Shown: piece after piece, positions 36,711-50,407 of the stretch
Layout: the number at the start of each line of letters is the position of its first letter
How positions within the stretch are numbered: the stretch's first letter is position 1
Assembly: GCF_963921235.1 (NCBI RefSeq)
Contig: NC_086097.1
Coordinates: forward strand, 215,762,001 to 215,826,000
DNA length: 64,000 nt
DNA from: Mobula hypostoma
Taxonomy: Eukaryota
Direction of reading: 5' to 3'
Translations under genes and position numbers: made by a program
The notes under the pieces: generated by a model
Database searches by the model: none
Told to the model about the DNA's origin: nothing
What the model saw: the letters and a program-made list of their open reading frames with translations, nothing else

Positions 36711-38280
36711 CTAATCCACATTGAACGTTTTCAGGCAATTTCAGAGGCAGCTGCAGGCATTTGGCCATTCTACCTCCAGTGGTACAGAGCTCGCTCCAGT
36801 CGACAGCAGATCCAAGATTTTCTAAGCTCATCATTAGAGGATCAGCAAGAGACACGTTGTTATCTACCTTATGCAGTCAAGCGAATGACTCATCAATAGG
36901 AGGTGATGCTCGAAACCATTGTTTGAACTATTCTGCTTGTCTTTGCACTATTAATTCTATATTAATGGAAGTGTTGTGCGACATACATCCAGTATTGAGG
37001 ATATTCCTGATAAATGTAAACTATAGATTATATAACATTATAGAAACTTGTTCTTGTTACCATAGAATTCAGTCTTAACTGCCTTGCTGAGCTTTGTATC
37101 TCAGAGTTTATGCTGGACAGTCACCTTGATGTTTTTAGCTGTCTCTTTAGATACTCTCATGCTACCTTAAAGGCAGGCCTCACTGAGATAATGATGAGTC
37201 ACCTTTCCGCACCAGTCTTGTTTTCATCAAAGTAATCCTGATGCATATGTCTGCTGGGACTAAGGGTAGTGGATGCAGTTGAGTTTCTGTGGAGGTACAG
37301 CATACTTCATTGGAGTTCACATCAATTGCTCAACTCCTCAGCAAATGATCGAGCAGATCAGGCTGACCACTCCAAAAGGCTCATGCTAAGCAATGGTTAC
37401 CAGCAGGACCAAAGACAATGAAGTTAAGTATCCAATCTGCATACTTTTCAGACTAAGGAATTGAGGATAATGTAAATGTATCATCCCTACTTCTCTTTTT
37501 TAGTCACAACTTTTCCCTTCCCCTTTCGTATTTGAGATACACTGAAACTACAGTGGTTAAATTACCAGGCGAATTATCCAAACATCTGAGTTCAATACTT
37601 GCAGTGCAAAATTCAGTCGATAACTAGAATTTGGGGGGAAAAGGAACAATTAGACTTGGAGGTTATCACAAAAGTCACGGAATTTTATAAAAGCCACCCA
37701 CTTCATATAAGTGAATGTACTATGCACTGCAATTTCACACAATCAATTTCACACACAAAGGTAAGATGCTGTGTATAATTTGGATAGCACAGAGCACAGC
37801 AGGAGTTGATGCTTTTGGGTTTGTGGGGGCAGTGACACACGTGTGGTGGAAGTAGGACAGTTTAGGCTACCTTTGTCATGGTCCGGATCGGGGTCCCTTT
37901 AAACTTACCTTGTTTATGTTATGACCCGGACTGTTGATTCCCTGTTTTCCCGTGTCCCTCGACTTTGGTGATTAGAGGCAATTAACGCTCGGCTGAACCG
38001 GTAGTTAAAAGTCTCCGGCTTTCAGCCATTTGGTGCGGGAGCGTCTGCAAAGTCACGGCGTGCCAATGTCATCTGGCCGGAGCAAGCCTAGTCTCTGCTG
38101 AAGCGAGTGCCGGTAATTTGCCCTTCCTCACTGGAGCAACCCAGTCCAGTTACCTCGCCGAAGTGAGCCTGCAAAGTTTCCTCATCAAGGTGGGTCCGTC
38201 AGTTAACCCGCTGGAGGGAATCAAGAACCACTGTCTACTGTTCCTGGGCCAAGTCAAGAGCTCGCCACTACCCGGAGGCA

Positions 38281-38510
38281 CCAAGTCAAGTCCTGACCCT
38301 GGCAGCATTCAAGCACCAAGTCAAGTCCTGGTCCTGGCAGCATTCAAGCACCAAGTCAAGTCCTGGTCCTGGCAGCATTCAAGCACCAAGTCAAGTCCTG
38401 ATCCTGGCGGCATTCAAGCACCAAGTCAAGTCCTGACCCTGGCGGCATTCAAGCTCCAAGTCAAGTCCTGGCCCTAGCAGCATTCAAGCACCAAGTCAAG
38501 TCCTCGCCAT
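38281..38510 (+). repeat. 35-bp tandem array (6 full units + partial) inside the LTR
   Basis: CCAAGTCAAGTCCTGGTCCTGGCAGCATTCAAGCA units start at 38281, 38316, 38351, 38386, 38421, 38456, 38491. Confidence 0.95.
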
Positions 38511-38658
38511 GGTGGTCTGTGATTCCCGTCCTACCCCCTTGTCTGAATCCCTTCTCTGCTCCTCTCACCTCTAGCCCTCGCCTGCAGCTGCCGCCTGCAC
38601 TTCGGTCTAGTTCCATCGCCGGAGCTAGATAGGTACTGTCTGGTGTTCATTTGTGTTG

Positions 38659-38945
38659 GTCTTGTCTTGTCCTCGCCTCTGTGGGGTAAGTCAGGCCGTC
38701 TTTGCCGTTGCCCCATGGGGAGTCATGTCTTGTCTTGTCTTGTCCTCGCCTCCATGGGGTAAGTCAGGCCATTTTGCCATTGCCCCGCAGGGGGGTCATG
38801 TCTTGTCGTGTCTTGTCCTCGCCTCTGTGGGGTAGGTCAGGCCATCTTGCCGTTGCCCCGCGGGGGTTCATGTTCTGTCTTGTCTTGTCCTCGCCTCTGT
38901 GGGGTAAGTCAGGCTGTCTTGCCGTTGCCCCACGGAGGGTCATGA
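38659..38945 (+). repeat. ~73-bp tandem array (4 units) inside the LTR
   Basis: CCTCGCCTC anchors at 38671, 38744, 38817, 38889. Confidence 0.9.
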
Positions 38946-41900
38946 GTCCTGGCCCTATGTCCTGTACCCAAGGAGGGGGTCCCGGCTCTCTGTTCTGTGC
39001 GTGAGTCCCGGCCCTATGTCCTGTACCCAAGGAGGGGTCCCGGCTCTGTGTTCTGTGTATGTGTCCATGGTTCCATGTACCTCTTCATGTCTCTTCTAGT
39101 TCTGGGAGCCGATTCTGAGTCCTAGCCCAGACCCTTGGTCCCAGCCTAGTCATAGTCCTCTGTCCTTGTCCAGTTCACTACTCCTGCTCCTGCCTAGCTC
39201 TCCTGATATTGAACAATAAACTAAATTTAATTAACCTCACAAGATGTGTCTTGCATTTGGATCCACCCTTGCTCCCTATGCCCCCGCCATTGTGACAACC
39301 TTACCCTAAGTGAAGATAATTTGAGTTTTGCTGCTGAGTTTGGCAGGCCAACGCGCAGAAGAAACCAGATGGTAATAAACAATGAAGTCCATGGGCACAT
39401 CATGAAACTCATCTGCACTCAATGAGGAGTCCTTATTCTTTGTCATTGGAGCGGGGCCGTGCACATAGCGTGGATACCATCCTTTCCAATGTGGAATAGA
39501 TGGCCTCTTCCAGTAGTGTGAATGTGGACTCCACCTGATACGGTTATCTCTGCTTCCATAATATCATTGGAGATTGTGCTTCAGTGGAAAGCCAGACAAC
39601 CGGCACCATTATACAAAGTAGCATTTTGCAGAGTGGCTACCAGCCCAACAGTCTAGTCATCAACTAGACAGGCTCATTTATGACTTCTACAGTCCCCAAC
39701 TCTCTCTGCCATTTTTTTTTCTCACTCTGCAAAGCCTCTGCTCATTATCTCAGTTGTGATTTCTGCCGAGAAGAAGCCCACTCACACCTGGAAGCAACAG
39801 ATTTGAGCTCCAGACCTTGAGTCATCAATGACATCCTTCAGCCAGCCAGAATACTGTACTACTCAAAGAGTACTGAAGCATTGTGTACAATTAGAAGCAA
39901 ATAAAATGCCTAGAATTTCAGTAGCTACCAATAGACTATGAAGAGGAAACGAAGAGGAAACGCTCAGAATTCTTAGCAGCCTAAGAGGCATCTCCATGGA
40001 GAAAAAAAAATAGGAAAATATTTCAGGCCAATGACTTCTTACTCAGTTCTGAATTTAAAAAAAGGTTATCAGCCTGAAACATTGATTCATCTTTCCCTTG
40101 CCACAGATGCTTCCTGAATTACTGAGTATTTACAACATTTACTGTTTTTATTTCAGATGTCCAGCTCTTTGAGAAATAAACCGTCGACTTCCATGAACAC
40201 TTGTCAATAACATTGTGTCTAACTTTCATGTTTCCAAGTGTAATAACATTTCTGTATGGATGGAACAAGAGCTACAGAAGATATGCATTGACAGAATAAT
40301 ACCAAACTGGCTGAAGAATGCCTAACTGACAGCCCCTACACTTTGTAATATAGCACGAAGGCTACATATCTGATGTTCACCTTCGCATTGAGCATGAAGG
40401 TATGCAAGTATATTAACCTGCAGTTTTTAGTTAAGAGGACAAAGTAACCTATAAAGCTGTATACAGTGACAGCCCAGTAAAGAAACAGTTGGAAAGTATA
40501 CTACAGTAATTTTCTAAATAATAAAGTGCAAAGAATTGCGTTTTCTCTCCAAGGATTGCTCTGCTTCAATTATGTAGTTGTATCGGACAGTTTACAACTT
40601 AACACAAAACGGTGATAAATGTGATCTAGCAATTAACCCTTATGCATTAGCTGTGTGCTTCTCTACCTAATCGCCAAGTACGTCCACGCAATTTATATCT
40701 ACGTGATGTTCTCTCAGGTCAAATTAAATAATGAAACACATCATGTGCAAACAGAAATTTTTAATTATTCGGTAACACAAGTACCCAAGGATGGTAATAA
40801 GCCTTAATAGTAATATAAAGATAATAATTATATGTTTGACATCTAATCATCATCTTTAATTGCAAGAACACAAGCACAGGTAATTGTTTCACTAGTTTCA
40901 AAAAATCCAAAGATGCAATAAAACAAATATTGAGTGCAATTCTGGATAAAAAATATTATTCCTTAGGTGACTAATAAGCTATTATAGGCCTCAAGTGTAG
41001 TCTATATGCTTATAATTACATACATGTCCATAAACATATTTTACTAAAATGTTGCAAATGACAAGCAATAAAATATTAACATAAGACCTGAAAGCAGTGC
41101 AATGATGATGGCCACATTTCCCAGAAGAAATGTAATACTTTGCCAAACTCTTCTCAGTTTGCAAATCTGTCACCCAGCAAGTATTTTTTTCTGACATGGG
41201 AGTTGGTTTTCTTCAGCGAAACCAATACTTTTTAGTAGAGGAGTTAGGATAAATATTTCATAACCACAATGGTTTTGGATAGCAAATAGATACTTAAGAA
41301 TTTCACAGTTATGTTTATTAACATGGAACCACCAGACAATGAAGAATCTGTCATCTGAGCTGATAATCTAGTTCTTGCAAAATGGGTTAAGGCTTCAATT
41401 GCCCCAAGATTGCTGGCTCCCTGCCCCGTCACATGCTGTATTTTGCTGAGAGGCTAGATTCCAGCTCAGAAATGAGGCACAGTGTAGTGTGGTACAGGAC
41501 ATGGCGCCTCCAAAAGTACGTAGCAGGCTGCCCTGACAAAACGGCCTTGACAGCCGATGTGGTCCTAACCCAAGGCTCACCAGTTGTCAAAGCTGTTACT
41601 GTTATTGGAAGTGTGTGAATGCCTTTGACATTCACAAACATTCAAAGTCATTCAGGGTGTGGTAAAAACAAAAATTCTAAAACAAACACATATTCTAAAT
41701 ATTAAAAGGTGCATGCTTAAAAAGTGATTAAGAACATTTAAGCAATTTATTTAAATGAAATTAAAAGCTACAGTTACCTTTCCCCTTGAAGCTGATTTTA
41801 ATGAGAGTGTTGCAATTGCTTCAGGTTTACCCTGTGATGAATCCGTTAGTGTAACATAAGTTCCAAAGAGCCGGCAGTCAGGAATATCCCAGTAATGAAC

Positions 41901-43088
41901 TTATTTGCGAGTACATCTGGGAGGAATTCAGTATAGATCTGTCCCAGTAAAGGAATACTGCTAGTGGCATCATTACTAGAAGTTTATCCATCTATAATTT
42001 GCAATATTTGAATTGGGAGGACCATTGCAATTTCAGTATAAATAATTCAAATGAATAAAAATTAGTTCAATGAAGAGCTGTGATGAGAAACACTTAATGG
42101 AATAAAATAATGATGCTCAGAGCTCCAAACCAATCTCTTTTCACAGAGGATTTCCTGTCCAAAATGCCACAGTTTAGTTCAGTAACTCAGTGATTTCAGT
42201 GAAAGAGGTACGAATCTGTCCATTTAATTCATGACATTCCATGGTGGATGCATTGAACGCTGAACATTTTGTATTAAAAATTTTGAAAATTTGTTATGTA
42301 GAATTTAAGATCAGAAAATGAAAGCTTACATCAAAGCTATTTTTAAAAATAACTATTATCAAGAGTTAGTTTATAACTAAAAAATGTACATCTCCTGCCA
42401 CACAGTGGCAAAGTAGAATTATTGCACGTCTACAGACGCAAATGTAGCCTCAAAATTGGATTTCATTAATGTTTGTTGTATAATGTACTTTTGTGTTTAT
42501 CTAGAAGTGATAGAGGAACATACAAAAAATTGCATTGATTTCATTTAACTTTAATAACATCATTACAGATGCTGCATCCCTCTTCCTTTAATAAAACCAT
42601 GTTAGTACATTTCTTTTATGTTTCCTTCAGGAAATGTTTGTAAATTTTGCATCTATCATATCATTCCAACACTGACCGCTAGGTTGAAGTACTATTTTCA
42701 AAGCAAGGGGTTCAAAGACCTCAGAGGGCCATCTCACGGGGAGGAATGCAGAGAATAGGCACTGTGAGCAGTTCAGTGAAATGAGAGAAATAGAATGCTT
42801 GTCAATGACCAGAATGGAGCCCAGCATTTACGTGGACTTGTTCCGAGTGCCAACACCAGCAGTACATTCATGGACCTACCATAATTTAACAACGGTGGCT
42901 GAAGCACATGGAAGTTTTCAGTGAGGACATCTGACTCACACTTTCTAATGTCTGCGTTGGCGTTGACTTGTGTAATGGCCAAATAATGGTATTGGGAAGG
43001 TGGAACAAGGCAAGGTGAGGGACTGTTGATATAACTTCACGGTCAATTATTGGCAGTCAGACAGCCAAGTCAGAAGGCCTCAGTAACC

Positions 43089-43741
43089 CAGACAATCCAC
43101 CCTGCAAGAACTCATTTCAGGGAGGTAACACCATCAATTTGCAGGAGACTCCCGGAACTTCCGGGAGAGGTGGGATGTCTGCAACAGAGTAGCTCCTTAG
43201 CAGCTGGCCAGCTAGTTTAAATAACGTTAGCTATGCTAATGAACGAATGACACCTGTTAAACTCACCTCAACATGTCTTTTACAGTCTTAACCCACCATG
43301 TGCAATAGAACAGTCACTGTTGCAAACAGTGCACTGAGCAACACTGTTATTTTGACCCCTATTAGGCAGGGGTACAATTTAGTGTAGTCTGGGGTGACGT
43401 ACATTTTATATTTTTTTGGGAACACTCTGCAATGGTGCTCTCTCGCACACGCTCTCTCTCTCTCGTGGTCGCTCGCGTGCTCTCAAGCGTTCTCGCTTGC
43501 TTTCTCTCTCGCTCGCTCTCTCTCCCTCTCTCGCTCGCTCTCTCTCACCCTCTCTCGCTTGCTTTCTCTCTCGCGCGCGCGCGCTCTCTCTTGTGGTCGC
43601 TCTTGCGCTCTCCCTCGCTTTTCTCTCGCTCGCTCTCAAAAAAATTGATTTCCGTGATATTGTCTATAATTTGCGGGCATCAGGGAGCCACTATTAATAT
43701 GTGGGAGACTCCCGGAACTTCCGGGAGAGGTGGGATGTCTG
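43089..43741. mobile_element. Non-autonomous TIR DNA element (MITE-like) with a duplicated right end
   Basis: Ends CAGACA../..TGTCTG, 6-bp TSD GTAACC (43083-43088, 43742-43747), 38-bp exact direct repeat 43144-43181 / 43704-43741. Confidence 0.7.
43437..43637 (+). repeat. (CT/CG)-rich compound microsatellite
   Basis: CTCTCTCGCTCGC low-complexity tract. Confidence 0.9.
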
Positions 43742-44004
43742 GTAACCCCATTTCTTCCTCAAGCTCTGTGGCTGCTCACCATGTAGCTTCCGGCAAGGGC
43801 TGAACCTGCTGTTGGAAAGATTATGCAGCAACAGCAGACCACCATAAATTATTCCACTCTGAAAAGGCTCCTCCAGAACACTCTGGGCAGCAGATGCAAC
43901 TTTTCCTTGTACAGTGATTATATCTGTGGCAACATGGTTTTCATTGTAAGTATGGTGCCTGTGTATGTGTGTGCATGACAGTCATTAGCCAACTTGCTAG
44001 AAAA

Positions 44005-44348
44005 TAAGACACAATGAGGGGTATAGATGCTGTAAATGCAAGCAGCCTTTTTCCACTGAGGTTGGTTGAAACTAGAATTAGAGATCATGGGTTAAGGGTG
44101 AAAGGTGAAATGTTTAAGAGGAAATTAAGGGGGCATTTCTTCACTTGGTGGGGTTTGGTGACAGTGTGGAATAAGCTGTTAGCAGAAGTAGTGGAAGCAT
44201 GTTTGATTTTAAAAATTTAAGAGAAATTTGGATAGGTACATGGATGGTGAAAGTATGGAGAGTCACGGTCCGGGTGCAGGTCAACAGGAGTAGGCAGAAC
44301 AATAACTTGGCATGGACCATGTGTGCTGAAGGTCCTGTTCTGTGCTGA
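44005..44348 (+). mobile_element. CR1 3' fragment
   Basis: MRGIDAVNASSLFP..HGLRVKGEMFK. Confidence 0.8.
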
Positions 44349-44598
44349 TGTTGTTGGTATTTAATATTTCAGTAATATTCGAGTTATATTGTAAAAATAT
44401 TGTTCGATTAACCACTCTGTTGTTTACATAGTGCATTATGGGTTTATACGTGAAAATACGTGAATAGGATAAACCATTACGCCACTATGTCATAACTGCG
44501 TGCCTTACTAAAACGAAAACAAAGAGTGCACATTCATCCCGGTCTCCCATGCATTTTTTTTCTTTTGATTAATGTTTCTGAAGTTACGAAAGGTAACA
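44349..44598 (+). mobile_element. Short solo LTR (family B)
   Basis: TGTTG...TAACA termini; homologous to the reverse complement of 63561-63797. Confidence 0.55.
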
Positions 44599-45499
44599 GT
44601 AGTGTGCTATGACAGTGACTCTATGAATGCCTTCTCATTGCTGCAATGACATTCAAATGACACAACAAGCCATCACGAAATGAATCAACCAAGACAACAG
44701 CCAGCAGGCTGGAGTGTGGCAGACTTGACACTTGACACGTTAGGTGGGCATAAAGAGTGGAATCATGTTTGGTTACAGTGCCATTCTTTTTGGCTACTGA
44801 CCAAATAGAACCGGATGCCAAAAGGCTCATGGCCTGGTCATCTTTATACTCATTGGCAATACAGTCATAAGTCTGATCTGAGGTTGGAGCTGTGGCTAGA
44901 ATTCATGGCAGGAGAAGGAAACATCACTGCAAATGCCCCACACAGTTTATTTTCAAGGCTGAAGTAGGATATTTTCTCTCTGAAGATCCTGGACTCATAC
45001 TGAGAGCACTTCTCCCCTTCTCCTCATTCTCCAAATAGTTTATCCTCTATGCAACCCTCTGCTAATTCTATTCCTGTCATGATCAATTCCAAGGGGAAAG
45101 GCCACTAATGCAGCTATTTGTGATAGGAACTAATTTCTGTAAAAGCTTTTAAATCTGGACAGAATTTTTCTTCACATTGTAATAACTCCTTGATGACACA
45201 AGTGACTTAAAATAATTCTAGACATCACCAAATGGTTCAGAATCAGAACCAGAAGCAGGTCTATAAATACTGTTATGAAATTTGTTGTTTTGCAGCAACA
45301 GTACAGTGCAATATATAAAATATCACTATAGTTTACAATAAATAATTAATAGTATAAAAAGACAACAAAAATTTTCATGGACGGTTCTGTGTTCTGGTAA
45401 TGATATTTTAAACCAGAACTTTGAGAGAACTAGAGAACAGGCTCTCTTAGAGTGAGTATTGAGGAAGGAGAAAGAAATGATTAATAATTATATTAGGAA

Positions 45500-46467
45500 A
45501 GAGTGACAATAATACGATCGAACTTTTCCTTAAGATGGACAGTGAAGAAAAAGACTCAGAAACAAAGGAACAAAGGGAACAAGGAGGTGAGGTGAGAATT
45601 GGTTCTGAAAGATTGGGTAACCTTTACTGAATGGATAAACAGGGATTGGCAATGGATGATATTATTTTGAAAATGTATACATGGATTATAACAATTATTC
45701 ATTCCTGTCTGGCAAAAATAATAGTTAGGATTAGAGGGCTCATCCACCGCTTAGGAAAGAAATCAGGGATAGCCTGAGATCCAAAATGGAGACATAACAT
45801 TGACAAAAAGGGCAAAGGGCAGCAAACCGAAGGATGAACAGCAGGTTAGAAATCAGCAATGGAAGATATACAAAGAAATTAATGGGTAGGTGAGAGTAGG
45901 CTAAAAGAGAACATTAAAACCTGACTGATTTTAGTAGTTAGAGGAGGTGAATGTTGGTCCGCAACAGCCGGGAATGGGGAAAATTATAATTAAGAACAAA
46001 GAATAGCAGAACAATTGGATACATAGTTTAATTCTGACTTCACGGTAGCATGACACTATAGTTGTGCTCGGGCATCAGAGCTCGGAATTCAATTCCATCA
46101 TCCTCTGTAAGCATATTTGTATATTCTTCCCGTGCATACTCCTGTTTCCACTAGGCACTCCTGTTTCCTCTCACAGTACAAAGATGTACCAGTTAGTGGG
46201 TTAACTGGTAATTCTAAATTGTGCGGTGGTTAGGCTAGTGGTAAAATCAGTAGGTTGCCGGGCGGCACAGCTTGGTAGGCCGGAAGGAACTGTTCCACAC
46301 TGTACCTCTAAATAAAATAAATAAACAATCCCCCAAGGGGCTATTAGGAGGGAGGAACTGAAGTAAAACAGTAAAAAAAGCAAAGGAAGTTAATATGGAT
46401 AAAGGCTGACAAATCTCCAGGAATTGAGAATCTATACCCTAGAATATTAAAAGACTAAGCCATCTAA
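45500..46467 (+). mobile_element. Old CR1 ORF2 fragment with an inserted V-SINE (~46042-46325)
   Basis: QQLFIPVWQK and KADKSPG remnants; SINE core and CR1-like tail. Confidence 0.65.
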
Positions 46468-46659
46468 GGTAATGCTTTCCGAGCTCGCAGTGTGACAGCC
46501 TCTGCGTGACTGTATGAGCACTTGGCAGAGCACCAGTATTCAGCCCGCAAGTGACCCTAAGCTACTGGTAATCTGTCACTTCTGTTCACCATCCCCTCAC
46601 ACAGAAGTAGAAGCAGAAGTAGGCCACAGGCTTCACAAGCCTGCTCGGAAAAAAGATAT

Positions 46660-49600
46660 AGTGGCACTCCGGGTGGGAGGAGGGGGGTGCGTGGTCAACA
46701 GCCCGCCCAGCATTCCTAGTGGCCAGCGCTATTTGTTGTTCTTGTTTTAAAATGCTTTTGCGGTATTATGGTGGGATGTTCAAGCTCACTTATTGTTACA
46801 TTTTAGCTTAGGTTATATGGTTGTGGGTCACCCTGACTGTAATAACCACCTCACCCATCTGTGTATGACTGACTGGGTTCTCTCACCGGGTCAAAGTGCT
46901 CAGTCTGTTTTTGTGCTTGTTGCAATGAAGACGTCAGTTGAGATAAGCAAGCTTTTCTCGTCTGTCATCATGGGCCGAATGCTCGCCACATTGGTGTCAG
47001 GAGTGGGATTAGAGATTGAAGAGCTACGGTATCGGATGGAGCACCTTAAAACCCATGGAATAAGCCGAGGGACTGAGCAGTATGCCTCCCCCAGACGGCT
47101 GGGCCGGGCTCCAGAAGACAGGATGCTGACCCGGAGGGAGGAACTGGGAACTGAGCATCATGCCTTCCCAGGGAACCCCAGTGGGGTGTGGCTCCCCAAC
47201 CCTGGGGACACGGTGCAGCACATCACCCACCTCCCTTGTGGCCGCTACCAGGGAACCCAAGGTACCAGAGCCATGAGAGGACAGACAACATAGCAGACAC
47301 CACCAGAGCAAGACGAAGACCAACGGGCCTCAGCAATTCATGCCACAAGGTCCACCCTGAAGCTCTTCAGATACAGTAGTGCCAGCAGCCTGGAGCCTTA
47401 ATTAGTGCAAGGCAAACCTGCCCCATGGCACAGTGGCGGAGCCCCAGTGAGACACTGGTGCACCTTGCTCTGCTGCTGGAGGGCAATGTCCTGTGAGTAC
47501 TCCTCGGCCTAACACTGGCTGAGTGATGATAGGACACTTGTAGCAGAGCCGGAGCGTTGATTTGGCCATTGGTAAGGGAAGAACTGGGCTGCATGTGATG
47601 CCATGTGGGAGAAATCCTGAGGGTTGATCGCAGCTGATCTCCGCCACTGTGCTCGGCATGGCTACCCGCAATTCCCTTTGAAAGAGCTTGCCCTCCATGC
47701 ATTAGTAAAGGAACTGACACCAAGGAGCCTTCAGCACCATGTTGGCCTACAATCACCATCGTCACTGGCTGAGGTGTTGGCAGAGGAGGAGAGGGCAGAA
47801 GCAATTTTAGCCCCAAAGGCATCCCGGCGTCACCCTGCACGCTGTGAGCACAGGCTTGTGTCACCATGGCGGAGGACAAAATTGACGAGTAGGAAGCCAT
47901 GAGACAGGTTTGACTAGCGTTGCCACGGAGCGATCTGCTACTGGTATGGCGAGGCAAGCCATGCTGTCCAGGACCACCCAGCCCTGCACCAGCGCCACGC
48001 CACAGCCCAGCGCAGCCATTGGGAAACACTGAGCGGGCGGCACCAACTGAGACCGCCAGCAGAATCCCTGCGTTGTCAACTCTTGGGTGGGCCATGTGGG
48101 CAAAGAGCAAGGCTTATACGTGAACTGCGTGGTGGAGGGCATCGGATGGCGTGTGTTGGCGGACATGGGGTCAACCATCACCATCATCCACCCGGGTGTC
48201 CTCCCCAACACGGACTGGCCATTCCCTCCTGGGTGGACAACGATGGCGGTCCAGCTGGACACAGTCACCGGCGACTATGTGGTGATGAGAGGGAAGAGGC
48301 GGCTGCGCATCGCAGTGGGGATAAACATAGTGAAGCACGAGGTGTGGCTAGCCGACATCAGAGAGTCCTGAATCAGTGCCGAAGCCGTGGCTCTCCGGCA
48401 GGGCAGCTCCAGGAATCGGACCCAGCGGGGGCAGTTACAACCACCACCGGTCTCACAGCAGCCCGCCGCAGTGCAGCACGCCCTGCAGTGGCCCAGCGCA
48501 ACACAGCGGAACCGGGGGCCAGTGGTGGTGGTGGCACTTTGGGTGGAAGCCAGCAGCCAGGTAGACCATCGACCATCAGCTGTGCGGCAAGCAGGTGAGC
48601 GATCCCGTGTTTGCCTGGGCAAGGGGATGGCTGAGTGTGGGATAGCAGCCAGAGTCGGCAAAGGTCTCCAGCCTGGATCCAGAGACCAAAGCCCGATACT
48701 CTGTTTGGCACGCTGGAGACGCACAACGGGTTGTTGTTCCGGCGGTCGCCATTTTCCGACGACAGACATCTCCGGGGGCTCTGTGCCATGGTGCTGCGGT
48801 CGGCATATGGGCTAGTGGCGGCCGGCCATTTTGTAGTCACAAAGACATGGGGCACGCTGTGCGAACACATCTATTGGCCTGGATACAGGCAGGACGTGGA
48901 GCTGTTCATGCACTGCTGTGACGCTTGTACATCCCAGAAGGGCCAGGCCGAAGGTCTTGAGAGCCAATGCAGCAGTACCTAGTGGAAATCTCAGTATGGG
49001 TCTACTGTCCCACCCAGAAGGGACTATCCCCCAAGCTTGGAAGCCATTGGAAGGGACTGAGAGAAGTCCTTAACCGCATGTCCGATGTGATATAACGGGT
49101 GTGGTTGCCTGAGCAGTGAAAAGCAGTCGTGCAGGGCCGGGACCAGCTGGCACCATATTAGCCCTTGGCCACCACCGGCCCAGCGAGGCTGAAGGAAGGA
49201 CGTGACACGACAGGTGCCCTGCCTCTTGCCTCAGCGAACAGTGCCTCCCGTGGGGTGCTCTACAGACATCCCGTAGTGCCCCAGGCAGCGGTATTGACCT
49301 CCACCAGGACCTTTGGACTTTGGTGTGAACTCTGGGGTTGGTGTGGACAGCTGATCCCTCAGGTATGGCACACCAAGGGGACATGGCTGTCAGTCCACCC
49401 CTGCACTATTTATTGTCCTTGTTTTAAAATGCTTTGGTGGGATTATGCTGGTATGTTCAAATTCATTTATTGTTGCATTTTAGCTGGGTTTATACCGTTA
49501 TTTACATGTGTGTTTGTGGATCACCCTGACTGTAACCAGTGTGTATAATAGTCACCTCCCCTGTCTGTCTGTGACTGAGTGGGTTCTCTCCCTGGCGTCC

Positions 49601-49689
49601 CGTCTGTTTTTGTGCTTGTCACAATAAAGATCTCACTTGAGATAAACAAGCTTTACTTGTCTGTCATCGTGGACTGAATGCTTGCCACG
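46660..49689 (+). mobile_element. Decayed Gypsy-type LTR retrotransposon (Gmr1-like?), lacking RT
   Basis: Diverged LTRs ~46660-46990 and ~49364-49689 ending GCCAC(A/G); PBS; protease (VLADMGSTITII); integrase zinc-binding motif (AGHF..YWPGY..DVE..CDAC). Confidence 0.8.
46992..47010 (+). promoter_or_regulatory. Primer-binding site complementary to the tRNA-Leu(CAG) 3' end
   Basis: TGGTGTCAGGAGTGGGATT, 1 nt after the LTR-terminal CA. Confidence 0.8.
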
Positions 49690-50407
49690 GTATGTTCGGT
49701 CCTCCCACTTATTATAAACCTCACATGTCTCTTCACTGTGCCAGACTTGAGTCAAGCTCAATGAAATCATCCTACCTGACTGATTCTGCCAAGCCCATTC
49801 CCTTGGCTGTGGTCTTATTAGTGGGTAGGGGCAGTAGGAATCTTATTCATCCATTCATATGTTAAATGACAAGGTGTTTGGTTATTGAAGCAAACCCCTG
49901 GGACTTGAGGGCTTACATACCTCCTGCATGTAGACGTTACTGACCTGCCTCGATTCACAACTGCAGCACATCATCTCAGGACAATGTCAGTAAGGGCAAA
50001 TTTATTAGAGCCTGCCAGGTTTGGTATCTGGTGTGATGATCCCATCATAGTCTGTAGTGTTACTTGAGGATGATCAAAAATACATGGATGTAATTTGGAT
50101 ATATGCCAGCTCTTTCCCTTTCTCCAAGCAAGGCGCCCATCCACCAGAACAACACGGCTGATAACAGCCATCTTTTCAGAAAGTAGTTTATAATTACATT
50201 ACTTCATGTGTTTTTTATTGCAGACTTTATCAACTAGCAATTAATACAATGTCATACTCTCGTTCGGGGTACATCAGTTTTAGCTGGAAGAGGGATTGAC
50301 ACTTTCATATCCATAAATACTTATGCTTATTAAAAAGCAAAGAATTCCAAGTTCTGTCAGACTTGTTTCTGAATTTGACTCACCAGTTCCAGTCAAGTAT
50401 AATCTCT

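Larger units (their letters stand above)
37874..39297 (+). mobile_element. Solo LTR (family A)
   Basis: TGTCA...TGACA termini, 5-bp TSD ACCTT (37869-37873, 39298-39302), AATAAA at 39215. Confidence 0.9.

Noticed and set aside
38281..38945. Regularly spaced repeats resembling a CRISPR array
   Set aside because: Units are head-to-tail with no unique spacers, lie inside a solo LTR in a vertebrate-type context, and no cas genes are present
43394..43803. Cluster of overlapping ORFs rich in Ser/Leu/Arg or Glu/Arg
   Set aside because: Translation of a CT/CG microsatellite
39300..45230. Scattered minus-strand motif look-alikes (ADEFH, SGQPATYF, ATAPT) suggesting a viral helicase/RdRp
   Set aside because: Stop density is near random and the motif order is inconsistent with one polyprotein
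46992..47010. tRNA gene
   Set aside because: Only 19 nt complementary to a tRNA 3' end including CCA; this is a primer-binding site
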